NCBI GenBank assembly: GCA_976226885.1
Contig: OZ320316.1
Location: forward strand, 62,248,001-62,312,000
Source of the DNA: Iphione sp. A-MEVVRFRX5
Taxonomy: Eukaryota
Length of the DNA: 64,000 bases
Reading direction: 5' to 3'
Within the stretch, counting starts at the first letter, position 1. Every line of letters begins with the position of its first letter. Under the pieces are notes generated by a model. The model was not told the origin of the DNA, did not search any database, and worked only from the letters and a program-made list of their open reading frames with translations. The position numbers and the translations under genes are program-made. Positions 13,303 to 25,263 of this stretch are shown one piece after another.

Positions 13303-16300
13303 GTACGTTATGCTTATATCCTTGTCTGTTATTTACAATAAACCTCTAAATAGGAATTGATGCATGGGGAGACCAAGGGATAGACATCTCAAATTGCTGC
13401 TGATGCGAAAACACTATTCAAGGCTCTTGGAAAGAGTTGGGACCAATCCGACCATAAGAATGGGTTAAGTGTCTACCAAATAGCCTATGCGAGCAACCGT
13501 CCTCTCCGCTTACAGCTCATATCAGGCATTCCTTTTTCCACACTCTTGCTCTGGGCTTTTATTAGAAATATTAAATTCACAGCGAATATTAAGAAGGGTC
13601 AGCCATTTGTCATGGATGCTCAGTTCCCACAGCCTCCTAGTTGTCTGCATGTAGTCCAATTTAGACTCGGCTCATCAGTTCCCTTCATCGGAAGATAACG
13701 TCGATGGCCGCTTTCACATTGCCGTGGTTTCCTTCATCCAACAAAAGCACTGAGTGCCCTAATGTAACCCCGCTTGACGGCTCATCGCATGGAACGTTAT
13801 ATTACTGGCGAACTCATTAAGGGGTCTTGATTGTGTGTGAATGTCGGCTCCCCCTTATTTGCTACTCACTGGTAATGGTTTGAATGTGGTGGATGGCAAG
13901 GTAGCAGTGCTAATATGTACCGTGAAGATTTCCTATGAAAGGAAGTTGCAGCCCATCTGACAGGTAGTAATGAGCCTGGGCTAGGGTAATGCTATACATT
14001 TCATAGCAGATTGTTTGTAGAGAGTTTGTAGCCATATACTTTTCCGACAAGCGACACGTGCAAACATACTGTTGAAGGTTACCGCATAATCCTGTAAGAA
14101 GTAAGAGAGATATTTTGCAATCCCCTAGCGTACCATTACTATTGCAGTATATCAGAATTCAAGGGATGGTCATGAACTTAAAAAGAAGAAAAACATTGCA
14201 CTGTTCCTCGGACCTACAGGTAGCACAGTAATTGATTCATTAAAGTGATGACAGACTTCACAACTAACGTAACTACAGTTCTTCATTTGTTCTTCAAACA
14301 TCCTTTTCTCTAATTAATATCACGACAAATGATATTGCACGTGAAAGTGTTTTAACTTGTATTGCGGTGCTTGATAAAAACAGCATTCTAACTTAAACGA
14401 TGACACTTAAAACTGATGATCCTACTTAAAATGTCCCCGTTAGTCAAACAGTATGGATAATGATACTACTTAAGGGGTACCCTTTGAGATGGACGATTTG
14501 GTCCAGAAACAAAACAAAGGCCGAGCAGGACAAAATCATTAGGCATGTTACAGAGATAATACAGCGGGAGAGCATGATGCAAAAGAAACAGCCGTAGGTG
14601 CAAAGCCTAAGGGAACGAAGACATTGAGAGTTATGTGTATAGGTACTTGATAGGAAGACAAGCTCGATTGATGCCCATGTAATTATAATCCAGTACAGTA
14701 CAACGATACTGATATCGTCTAATGTAGAAGATTCTCTCCATGTGGACGTAACACGGACTTGCTGAAACTACTAATTTAAACTCCAGCAACAAACGTAGAT
14801 ATCAAACTAGTTTCGTGTCCAACTCAACCAATTGCGCCAAATAGAATTAGCGATTGTGTCTTTATAATTGAACTCACGGTTGTAGACGTAAGAAGTTTCA
14901 CATGTACCGCCACGATTGTCGGGATGCCTCCTCTCTTTGTGTGTTTATTGTTGGCTGGTGCATCTTCAGTTTAAATTGAAATTGGTGAACTATTGTACCT
15001 TTGGCTTGGTTAAATGCCATGAAACACGTCCTTTTCCCGACTTAGCGATCAATAATGAGTGCACGCCGGGTTTCGCCTTCAGAGAAATGTGAAACCTCTT
15101 TGTCGGCAGGGACAAAGAAAACAACCTGCGAGTCCTTTCAATCTCCGCCACCACGCTAATTAAACACATTGATTTGTCCAGGCCTTTCTCTGTAACTTTG
15201 AGGAGTGTGTGCCGGGACGGACGAAGCAACTGCTGCAAGGGTCTCATGGCCACACTCCGACCCCCTGGGGAGTGAACATGGCATCTGTCGATCCCACCAG
15301 ACACGTGCCCGTAGCCTAGCTCCTCCTCCTTCTCCCATTCCTCCTCTTTCTTCTTCTGCTCCCCCTCATGCTTCTGCTTCTGCCCACTCTCCAGCATGCC
15401 GTTGTCCAGTCTGAGAGTTACACAAACGCAAGCAATCTTACCCAACGGAATATTTTGGCGAGAGTTATTTGCAACACTAAAATTTAAACAACGATTCGGG
15501 GATGGATAACTTGGCTATTGGCTCGTCATTGGATTACAATTCAGAGCTTTTTAATTAAAATACACTCATGCCAAAAACTATGCAAACAGATGCCTCTAAA
15601 CTGACACAACTAATTACTAGTTTGGACAATTTAGAATATATTTTAGCACACATATATAAGCACATATTTAGAAACTGTATACATATGATAGGTGCGTCCG
15701 GACTTGTTAACAATAATCTATAGCCCGGAGCGACCATAGATTCTTAATTCACTAAGTAAAGGACTTCAGTTTTGCTTTGAAGATTTGCAATGGCATATCG
15801 ATAAAAAAAGGAAAAATAATATAAATACAATGTGACGGCACTTGTATCCCTATATTCCTCTTCAACTCAGTAATGCCTGTTCTACCCCGCACACGGAAAA
15901 TCAATTATACTCAATCCCTTGGAATGAGAAGTAAAAAGAATATCACACCGAATACTGAAATCCATCCTTGCGGGACCGTTTGGGCGGGAACAAGCAGGCG
16001 CTAGTGAAAGCTGCGTCCTAAAGGCTGCATGATTGATAGCCTGCTCAGCGAAGATTATTCAACTGTCATTTAACGGGCATGGATGCTGCGAGTTGCTCGG
16101 GAGCAAGTACTGATCCTTAACGATTTTAAGCGTTAATGGGCCATCTAGAACTGAGAGCTATTCCTGGTACTTTTAGGACCGGAATGGTCCGATCCGAGAT
16201 CGGTTGCGGATGGGCGGACGACAGGTCGAAAAATTCTGCTCCCCCTACAAGCCAGGCCGTCAGCACACGCCTGGTACACCCTTCATATTCCCAGGGCCTA

Positions 16301-18504
16301 CAATCATCGATAATGATCGCTTCCATGGGTCAATTTGTATCATACTGCTAGTAGGATAAGCAGGAAAACAAAAAAAGACAGATCTGGGTAAGGAATCAAA
16401 GGCTAAGTCGTTTAATACAGTAGACAGGAGGAAAGAAAAAGTTCAGTGAACCTCTTGAATCATACTCATGTGACAGTTTTTTTTCTATTGGATCAACTCA
16501 ATTGAGAAGGACTGATAATAATGTTATTAAAACGTTGTGGCTGTTTTGTCGTCTTGTTTTGTAAGGCTAGAGCGTGCTCATTAAACGAATGATGTTAAAT
16601 GCGTCATTAACCCGGTGATGGTTTCTTTTGAGTCAAGAAGAAATCCTGTAATCAATAAATCGTAATCGGTGATAATTGCACTTTCTACTCTAGCCCGCAG
16701 TGCTTTTTGAAACTGTAATAGTTTCATTAAAATTACATTAACCCCCATAACTAATCAGCTTTTCTTTATCTATGCCAATACCAATCTAAACTGACTCTAT
16801 CTGTTACGTTTGCTGACAAGTGCCACCTGATGTGACTGTCTCTATAGGCTCCACCTTATAAGACTACATGTGGCCACCACAGGTGCCAATGAATATGACT
16901 ATAAACGCTAATTGTTATAATGTAGCTAACAGGAGGCAACCATAGGGAGAAACGGAAGCAGGCGACAGATGGAGGAGATGGAGAGACCAGAGAGTATACA
17001 GAATGGCCCGGCGGAGGAAGGGAGTTACACTTTACATGCAGCAGCCACTCAGGCTGCACACTTGCTCTGAACACTAAAGATGTAGAGCAACGGTGAGAGA
17101 CAGACTTGCAAGCAAAGCAGAAGAGATAATGTGGCACCCATTCTCCAATTAATAGTGTTTTATTTATTGAGTTATTCATAAGTAGATCGCTTGATCTAAT
17201 AGTTTAACTTTCTGTTTACAAATTTCCCTATCTTTCTATTTGCTTGCTTATCTTCCTAGTAACAAGATATAATGAATGGAGAGATACAGGTGTGAAATGG
17301 AGGGCGTGAGGGATGGAAAGGAGGACCGAGGGAGTGGTGGGCAGGGTTGAGGGAGATGGGAGTAGGAGAAAAATGAAAACATGAGAAGACAGGAAATGCG
17401 AGAAAACAAATTATGACGGAGAGACAACACACGTCCTGACAAACATATTTCAGTTGACAGGTAGTGATAGGGGAAGAAGATTAGCATGCCAATAGAGTGA
17501 ACATCCTACCATCATTTTGGCTGCTAATTCCTCATGTATAGCAAAGATGAGGACCAAAAATACATGAATGCATATTTTTGCACCTATACTATCATCGCTC
17601 TGGTTTCAGATTCATGCAAAGTAAAACACCTATAACGCCCCAAATCTCCATGGTTACTAATTAACTCTAACAATGAATACAAACATCATGAAGTAGATAC
17701 CAGCTTAAAATTATATTGAAATTATACATTCGTCAATCATAGACTCATCATGCTTTTAGAAGTGTAGGTGAAGTGCGTTATTTCAAGTATTGGATTGATA
17801 AGTCATGGGTTGTGGTGGGGTCGAACACTTGTTTTAGCTAGAGCAACAAAGCAAATAAAGTGCAGGTCTTCCTCCAGACTGTCAAGGGAAGACGCACATG
17901 GTGACACTTTTATAGCACTTCTAACACTAAGAATAAAATTTATTATCAGTATCACTTTTTAATCCTTTTACTAGGGGGAAGCATGGTGATGAACTGAACT
18001 GTCATAAGCGCAGGTACATAAGGCACGAAATACAATATAAGAAAAGGAGAAATGACTTGTAAGAGATCATACGTATACCTATGGAATGGAAAAGAGTGCA
18101 GCAGGTCAGGTATAACATTTAAAGAAATAATATGTAACATTTCTAACATATCTCTTTGTTACATTTTCATAATACCTTTGAATTCTCTAGAAATCCAACT
18201 AACATTTCTTTGTGTAGACTTTGGGGTTCAATATAGAGTGTCTTGGACCTGACCTACTGACATGTGAACATTATACTGATTACACAACAGCATAAGGAAA
18301 CTGCTTCTTACCTACTTCCTGCCATTAGAAATTTCTCAGCTGAGATGTCAGCCTCTAAGGATGCTCTCTCCTGCTCCACTATGTGTGAATCCACGACCGT
18401 ATAATTTGCTTTTAAGTTAAATGAGCTTTGTGTGTGTCTTAGAGTCGTATGGTTTGTGTTTTTCTGAATTCTCAGTAAATAATATCGCAGAAAGGACAAG
18501 ATCA

Positions 18505-19223
18505 TTTCTAAAAACGTTTCCCTAAAAATCTTGAAAATGTTTTTGAAAATGTTTTAAAACATTAAAGTGGTGTAAAAACATTTTCAAAATGTTTTTGAAA
18601 ATCATTTAAAAATGTTTTCAGAAAACATTTTCAAATGTTTTCCAAAACATTTTAAAGCTATTTCTATAAAACCTTAATTTCAAAACTTTAAAAAGTTCTT
18701 ATTTTCTCTTCATGTATACTTTTATCTTCTAAATAGTCTTTTCTTGTGTAATTTCACTTTTTATAGAGGAGTGTTTTAGTTTTTCCATGATTTGAGATAT
18801 TGACTTGTTGGGGATTTGAACCCATGTCTTCTGCATTACTGGTGGTGCTTTTATCCATTTAGCCACTGAGTCTGCCTATTCTTAGCTGTGTAAATATATT
18901 GCCATCACTCCTGACCTCCTTTTCAAGACTTTTCAAAAAGTTATTCAAATGTTTTAAAAACATTATTCCATAATATCATCTGGAGCCTTTTGGAGATATT
19001 TTAATAACATTCTGAAAACATTGTAAAAACATTATTTTACAACATTATCTGGAGCCTTTTTGAAATCTTTTTAAAATGTTGTGAAAACATTGTAAAATCA
19101 TTATTTCATATTATCTGCAGCTTTTTTGAGATCTTTCAAAACTATTGTGAAAACATCGTTAAAACGTTATTTCATATCATTTGCAGCCTTTTTGAGATGT
19201 TGTGAAAACATGTGTTTGCTAGG
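18505..19223. repeat. AT-rich repeat element built from AAAATGTTTT/AAAACATT subrepeats, with a tRNA-derived core; ends ...GTGTTTGCTAGG
   Basis: Many direct and inverted copies of the AAAATGTTTT motif and tandem (TCTGGAGCC/TGCAGC)TTTTTGAGAT units; probable non-autonomous DNA element. Confidence 0.6.
18802..18872 (-). repeat. tRNA-derived sequence (A box GTGGCTAAATGG, B box GGTTCAAATCC); not a functional tRNA
   Basis: 71 nt with Pol III A/B boxes at tRNA spacing; only 4 of 7 acceptor pairs and a degenerate anticodon arm. Confidence 0.55.
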
Positions 19224-20475
19224 ATATCAGAGTGAACAGGCAACAGAATCAGGGAAAGGATATCATGGGACATATTAAGCTCAATTTGCCATGTAGCCGT
19301 GTTTCTGGCACAAATACGGGACCTGTAACTCAAGGAATGTACCCATATATCGGTTCATATTTGGTTGTGCTCACGAATGTGGGAAATGAATGGGAGTTGT
19401 CCCATTTTTCATAGTCACAGGTACATGTATCCAATCATCAAAACAAGTGTGGTGTGGGGGAAATCGGGAAAATGACTGTCTTTTCCAAAAGGTATAGTCC
19501 CAAATCGCTAATAATTTGCATTAGGTTTTCAAGTTATTGCAACCCAACAAATTATTATTTTCTTTTTTCCGTTATCCATTTTTTCCTTTCTATAAAGCTT
19601 TATGCGACCGTTTGTCCGATAGCAATCTAACAACAAAATAGTATGTTGAGAGGAATACTCTCAATCACATTCGCTTTACCTGTGACATTTACCCCGTACT
19701 AGTTACCTTCTCTCTCAATCGTAAGTCATACCTTTAACTTGAATCTTTACCTTTAAATGGTCTCTCAATGCCGAACGTGCCGAACTGACAACATAAACAT
19801 TTCCTTAAGACGAGGTAGTATAGCTTGTCTCGCCCGGTCATTAATGTCCTACCTCTGACCTAAGCCCTTCTACGACGACCGAACGTCTCTCCTTCGAATT
19901 AAACCCAATTTGATTTCCTTTTTCTTCAAAAATAAGCAGGAAACAATCAGATGATATCACCTACTGTTGACAGCACTGCATTAAAGTGGCATTGCTATGA
20001 TTGGATAGCATTGATTTGAAACTACAATCTTTCTTGCGAATGTCGTTTGAACCTTTCTTCATGACTGCTAAGAAGTGAAATTGTTCTGTATTTCTTGAAA
20101 GAAACGCAAAGTTAGGGTCTATATGCTGCAATATAATTGGAAAAGGGGGTCTACGGTAAAGTTAACGACAGTGTATAAACCGTATGTATGTCATAATACA
20201 ATAGGCTGGTACTTTCATAGATATAAAACCACAATGTTTGGTTCTCAATGCTGCATGAAAAATGGTCATTTGCCAATTCCTCTCTGTCTCATTCCAATTG
20301 AATACATGTATGTAAATCAACAGGCAATCACTTCCCTTGTTGGATACCAGGTATAAATCAAGAGGAAATATCTTTCTCAATATAGCATTTCCTTTTAGGT
20401 CATAACGTAAAACGTAACGCCAGCTTCTACCATATTCTACCAAGAAAAATTATTTGTGTTTATCTCCTTCTCCAG

Positions 20476-20558
20476 ACTCTCTTTGGTTCTCGGTTGCGAC
20501 ATGCACTTGGAAAAGTTTCCAATGGACAACCAGACATGCGACATTAACATCGGCAGTT
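20476..20558 (+). CDS. Gene A exon 5 (83 nt; Cys-loop CDMHLEKFPMDNQTC)
   Basis: C-x13-C with FPMD; acceptor ctccttctccag, donor T|gtaagt; canonical 83-nt Cys-loop exon. Missed by the ORF track. Confidence 0.95.
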
Positions 20559-22337
20559 GTAAGTAGCATCCTTAAAATAAGTTTCTACGGTCAAAACATA
20601 AGGACTGTCATATCGAAAGCAAATGTTATAGTCTATGTTTTTGTCCTCCATGATAGCGAAAATGTTTATATTTGGACAGGCTGTAACAGTCTTCTTTGTT
20701 CTCTTTGCCCCTTACGTGTTAACACACACTGGCACGGTGACAAGGATGAGCACCATGCTGGCAAGGTGGCTACAAAGCTTTGATAAATTCTTTCTTCACT
20801 AAGATACTATGCTCCTACTCTGTTTATTACAAGAACATGAGGTACAGATATTATCACAATGTTATGCTGCATTATTCACTTTCTCTTGAAGATGGGCTAG
20901 ACTTGAACCCTGATAAGGGAGGGATCGTTGGCCCCTTTCTCCTTGATATCACTAATTATAGTTTGCTCCACCCTTATACATTATTACCTCGGCATGGAGC
21001 GCCTTAAGTGCGTTACGCTCGCCCATCTAACAATTCGATCCCGGCCTCCTCGGACCGACCAGCATGGCTGCGACATTTGAACAGACGGTTTCGGACGAAA
21101 ATTGATTAGGCCTCGTAGAATCGGGCATGCTTTCCACTTCATTAATTAGAGAAGATTTCGCTCTGCCATTACGTCTACGACACATGGATTTTGTCTCAAC
21201 GTATTGACATGCTCAGATCGAGCAAGGGATCAGATGGTACTCATTAAATGACAGCCCAGCTGTCACTGCCAGATTAAAAGACGCCTCCTTCGTGATGGCT
21301 GTAATGATTGAGGCAATATACAACATATTCTATTAAAGTCGCATCAAGCACGGCGTACTGAAATTGACGCAACGATATGTATTCACGGCCGTTTCGTGCG
21401 AATGCATATTAATAAGTGAAAGGTTACTAGGTACATGCTAGTTGGTGTTGAAACAAGGTAATCCACGTACGTTGTATGGTATTCTGGTACTGACCTTGTG
21501 ACATTTGAATGTAGAGCCAGGGTTTCATGTTGTCTTGTATAATATTGCAACTATCCAAAGACTGTGGAGAGTTATGGAAGAACTACTATAACGAACGATT
21601 ACTTTTGTTTATTGGTGATCAGTGCCCCCAATGAGAAGGACTATGTTTCTTTTAGTTAGACACACAATTCAGACAGCCTCTTTCTATAGGATGTTTCCGG
21701 TTTCATCAAAGTAAGGCTCTACAGTTAAATTCTTAAATGCCCGGCGACATAACAGTATTAAATATTGTTATATATACATGAACTTAGGTGGCTATTTCGC
21801 ACATATGCAGTGATGGAGGTTGCTCAAAGCGTCAGTTCACATGCCCATCTGAGAACATTAAATATCTCACCTCTACAATATCCGAGGTATCTCTGTGTGG
21901 TTATCTGACAGTATATGGGCAGTGCGTTTTTGTCGAGGAGTGCTCTGTCCTGACAAGGCCAATCGATTCCCTTGTGTCCGTCTCCCATTATTACTTTGAA
22001 GTCGACATTGCGCCATAACGGAAGATAGAAAGCACACACAACAAAACATCAAACTCAAAGCGAAATATCTGGATATCACTGGCGGATACTCTCGACAGTC
22101 TGGCTATAGTTATAGTTTAAGTATGCTGCGATCCTCTCGGGAACATTATTTTTCCTGTGTAATTAAAGTCTGAGATTCCTCCAAGAAAGTGTCATAATAA
22201 AATATCCCATTGCTCTTATCTACAAACGGCCAGCATGTCGAGGTCGATGGTTGCGGTTGAGGAACGTTTGTTATTTCTGAATCTAGTGGGTTTTCCATAT
22301 TGATATTTTTTTAAATTTACAACGCTTAATCTTACAG

Positions 22338-22481
22338 ATGGCTATACTACCGATGAGGTAGACTTCATTTGGAACCCTATGAAGACAACGCCTCTTAATA
22401 TGAAGGACGACATATCGCTAGCAGAGTTTCTTATAACCGGCGCGTCAGCAGAATCGTGTGGCAAGAAGAAGTTCTCTACAG
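22338..22481 (+). CDS. Gene A exon 6 (144 nt; loop B end, loop F, loop C start)
   Basis: YGYTTDEVDFIWNPMKTTPLNMKDDISLAEFLITGASAESCGKKKFST; acceptor cttacag, donor G|gtaagc. Confidence 0.93.
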
Positions 22482-24289
22482 GTAAGCCAGCCGGTCTGTC
22501 AACAAGCCCACGTTTTATTGCTTTGGTCATGATTTAGATTGCAGCTATTGTAAGAAACACTTCAAACAAGAAAATTTGTGTTTGAGAAAGCGAGACATTG
22601 TGCAGTAAGCAGCCCAAGGCACGTTTACTGATTGTGATGTACAATTATTTGTTTACAATGTTCTTTCATTCAGGGAATTTAGTCATCATTAGGGACCAGT
22701 TTCTATACTTGCATTAATGTGTTGCATCTGCAAATGCATAAGTAGCATGTGGAGCAGGGCCTAGGGCCCAGCTTAGGATCAGAGATCCTTGTATAAAATG
22801 TACCCAATTTGCATATCGTTGGCACAAATCTATACAGTTCGACAACTTGAGATATTTGCAGTTAGTACCTAAGTAATACTCCTTGCTGAATTCCACATAA
22901 TTTTTTCTGTCCATCACATCTTCGCTACCTGTTTGTCAAAAATCTCTTTCCAAACGTATAAAAGACCACCAATAAATATTGATTTGAAAAGAACAATTAC
23001 CATAAATAAGTTCTGATATTTTATGCTACGAAAAACGTAGAAACAGAATGCGATCGTTAAAGAGCGAGGTATCCCTCCATTAAAATGATGTATTAGACAT
23101 GACACTTAATTTGCACATAAAACAGTGATTGGCTTGTTTGACCTTTTCAATGTCCCTACGTGGCGCAGTTGCCCCTGACATCTACCACCATAGTTTGCAA
23201 GCACCATAGGTAAAGTCCCAGGTTGACACATTGCCTGACCTCTCGGTCCGGTACCCACCGGTATCCTACTGCAGAGTCCCAGCCTATACCGGGAACGTAT
23301 ACAGTCATAGCCTTCCAACGTCTAATCCATCACGTTGACCTTCATGGTCGTAGTTACACATAAAGTGGGGCTGACGCCCTGTGGTTGGACACTGTCTCGT
23401 AGCATGCAGGATGGTCTCACTGGAAAGTCTCAATGAAATGCATAATTTGATGAACTAAATCAGTCGTATAGGACTCATTTTGGTTTAGCTATTCGATGGT
23501 GGTAGTAGAATTGGTAATCATGGACTAACTCACATTGCGATCCTGACATATATCATACACTTCAGCTGTGCTTAGTCTTAATGTTATTTTTATTGAAGCT
23601 GTCTGCATGGCAGAGATATTCAGCATAAGATAAATTAGGAAGGGTCAGACATAAGGTGGTATTTCATCCATACCTTATCGGTAAGGGTCACAAGGCCCAA
23701 GAGGCTGTATGATTTTACTATGCAGCTTTTGTGTTATATCTGTGAAGTTTCCATTGATGTTATGCTACAAAGGTATCAGTATGGACCTAGAATTCCAATA
23801 TTTTCACCCACTAGGGCAGCACTTATGGGACACTTAGACTCGTATATCTGTCGGTTTTGCCATACTATTCTGGTTTGATGTTAATTGATGAGTCCGTTTC
23901 TCAATTTTCCTGATTTAAAATTATGTTCTCCCAATTAAGTGAGTCGACAATAGATGTTTACTATTATGAAAATGCTCTATCTGTAACCGTTTTGTCATTC
24001 TCATGATATGTCACTAGAATGAGTATGTTAATAAACTGGAGGTACATGCAAATATTAATTGACTGCGTAAAGGAAGCCACGCTTCGGTATAGTTCTTTTG
24101 ATGCATTTCTAATGTCTGTTCACAAACAACGTTCGGTTTTTAGACAGGAACTGTCCATAGTCATAAGACGACTTCAAAATTATTGCGGATATGTCCCGTC
24201 TTTCAGCCCAGTAAGCTGCTTCCAATTTAAACATATTTTCGAATCTGCCACCTGAACCCTCTGTATATTCCCTTGCTTTTATTTATCAG

Positions 24290-24795
24290 GGGCGTTTGCT
24301 TGTCTGCGGGCGGAATTTCATCTAAAGCGTCAGTTCGAGTACTACTTCCTACAAACCTTTCTGCCGAGTGCTCTCGTCGTCATGTTATCGTGGGTATCTT
24401 TTTGGATTGACATCGAGGCCGTGCCGGCGCGTATCACTCTTGGCTTGCTGACCATCCTCACCATGACCACCCAGGCTTCCTCTATCAGCGAGCGATTGCC
24501 GCGAGTTTCCTACGTCAAGGCCATTGATGTGTGGATGGCCATGTGTCTTGTCATGGTATTTGGGGCTCTAATCGAATATTCAACTGTCAACGTTCTGTTC
24601 CGCAAGGACAAGGCTTCCAGTAAGAAGATGCAAATGGCGGCAGCGAATCGGGTGCCGCCAAGGTCGCCAGAAGGGGGTGGTGTCAAGGACAAGCTACTGA
24701 TGGACAACGACCTACCAGACCACCACGAAGCTGCACTGCACAGCCGCCACTCAAGCAAGGTGTCAACGCCCACCAGCGGGATGCCTCAGCCACAG
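24290..24795 (+). CDS. Gene A exon 7 (506 nt; loop C end, M1, M2, M3, start of M3-M4 loop)
   Basis: GAFACLRAEFHLKRQFEYYFLQTFLPS...[18 protein letters not shown]...LPRVSYVKAIDVWMAMC; acceptor tttatcag, donor CAG|gtgaga. Confidence 0.96.
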
Positions 24796-25230
24796 GTGAG
24801 AAGCTAGACGTAGTGACTGACTTTATGTGTGTCATCGGACTGCTTATTTATTTTAAATAGTGAGACAGCAGTGTTTGTGAACTTTGATAGAAAGACAACA
24901 GTAAAGGAATTTGCTTTCATATTACTTTGGCATTTTGGTATCTCATACCAACGGACACCTTTTGAGACACTTTTTTTCAATTCTATATACATCCACCATT
25001 AACCATGCTCTAGACTTCTGCTGACTGCGACAGTTTTTTCTTCGTATGCCGTTGTATTATTCTACGACATTTTCTTGGAAATTTTGTGCTAATGCTATTG
25101 AAGTAGACACTGGCTTTATGGTGATTGTCTTAAATCGTTTCTCACCACCTTTATTACGGGCATAGGTACTCGCACAATTAGATGGGATATGATTACTGAC
25201 CATCTATTTTGCCATCTGTGTTGCTTTCAG

Positions 25231-25263
25231 GAGTTTTCAATATGGCAGCGGCGAGTTCCAATG
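25231..25263 (+). CDS. Gene A candidate 33-nt cassette micro-exon (EFSIWQRRVPM) in the M3-M4 loop
   Basis: CTGAC branch-like motif at 25196, acceptor ttgctttcag, donor ATG|gtacgt, phase 0/0, no stop; frame-preserving between exon 7 and the last exon. Confidence 0.55.

Noticed and set aside
13660-13700. CTGATGAG on the minus strand as a hammerhead ribozyme core
   Set aside because: No stem II followed by GAAA and no cleavage-site helix could be built.
18802-18872. Possible tRNA genes here and at 52727-52799
   Set aside because: The cloverleaf stems are broken and both are embedded in repeats, so they are recorded as tRNA-derived repeats only.
21873-22079. Minus-strand 68-aa ORF resembling a neuropeptide precursor (hydrophobic N-terminus, then Q...GRR...KR)
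   Set aside because: It begins at GTG with an in-frame stop just upstream, the first AUG leaves only a short hydrophobic core, and there are no repeated peptides or supporting exon structure. Likely chance; only transcript evidence would revive it.
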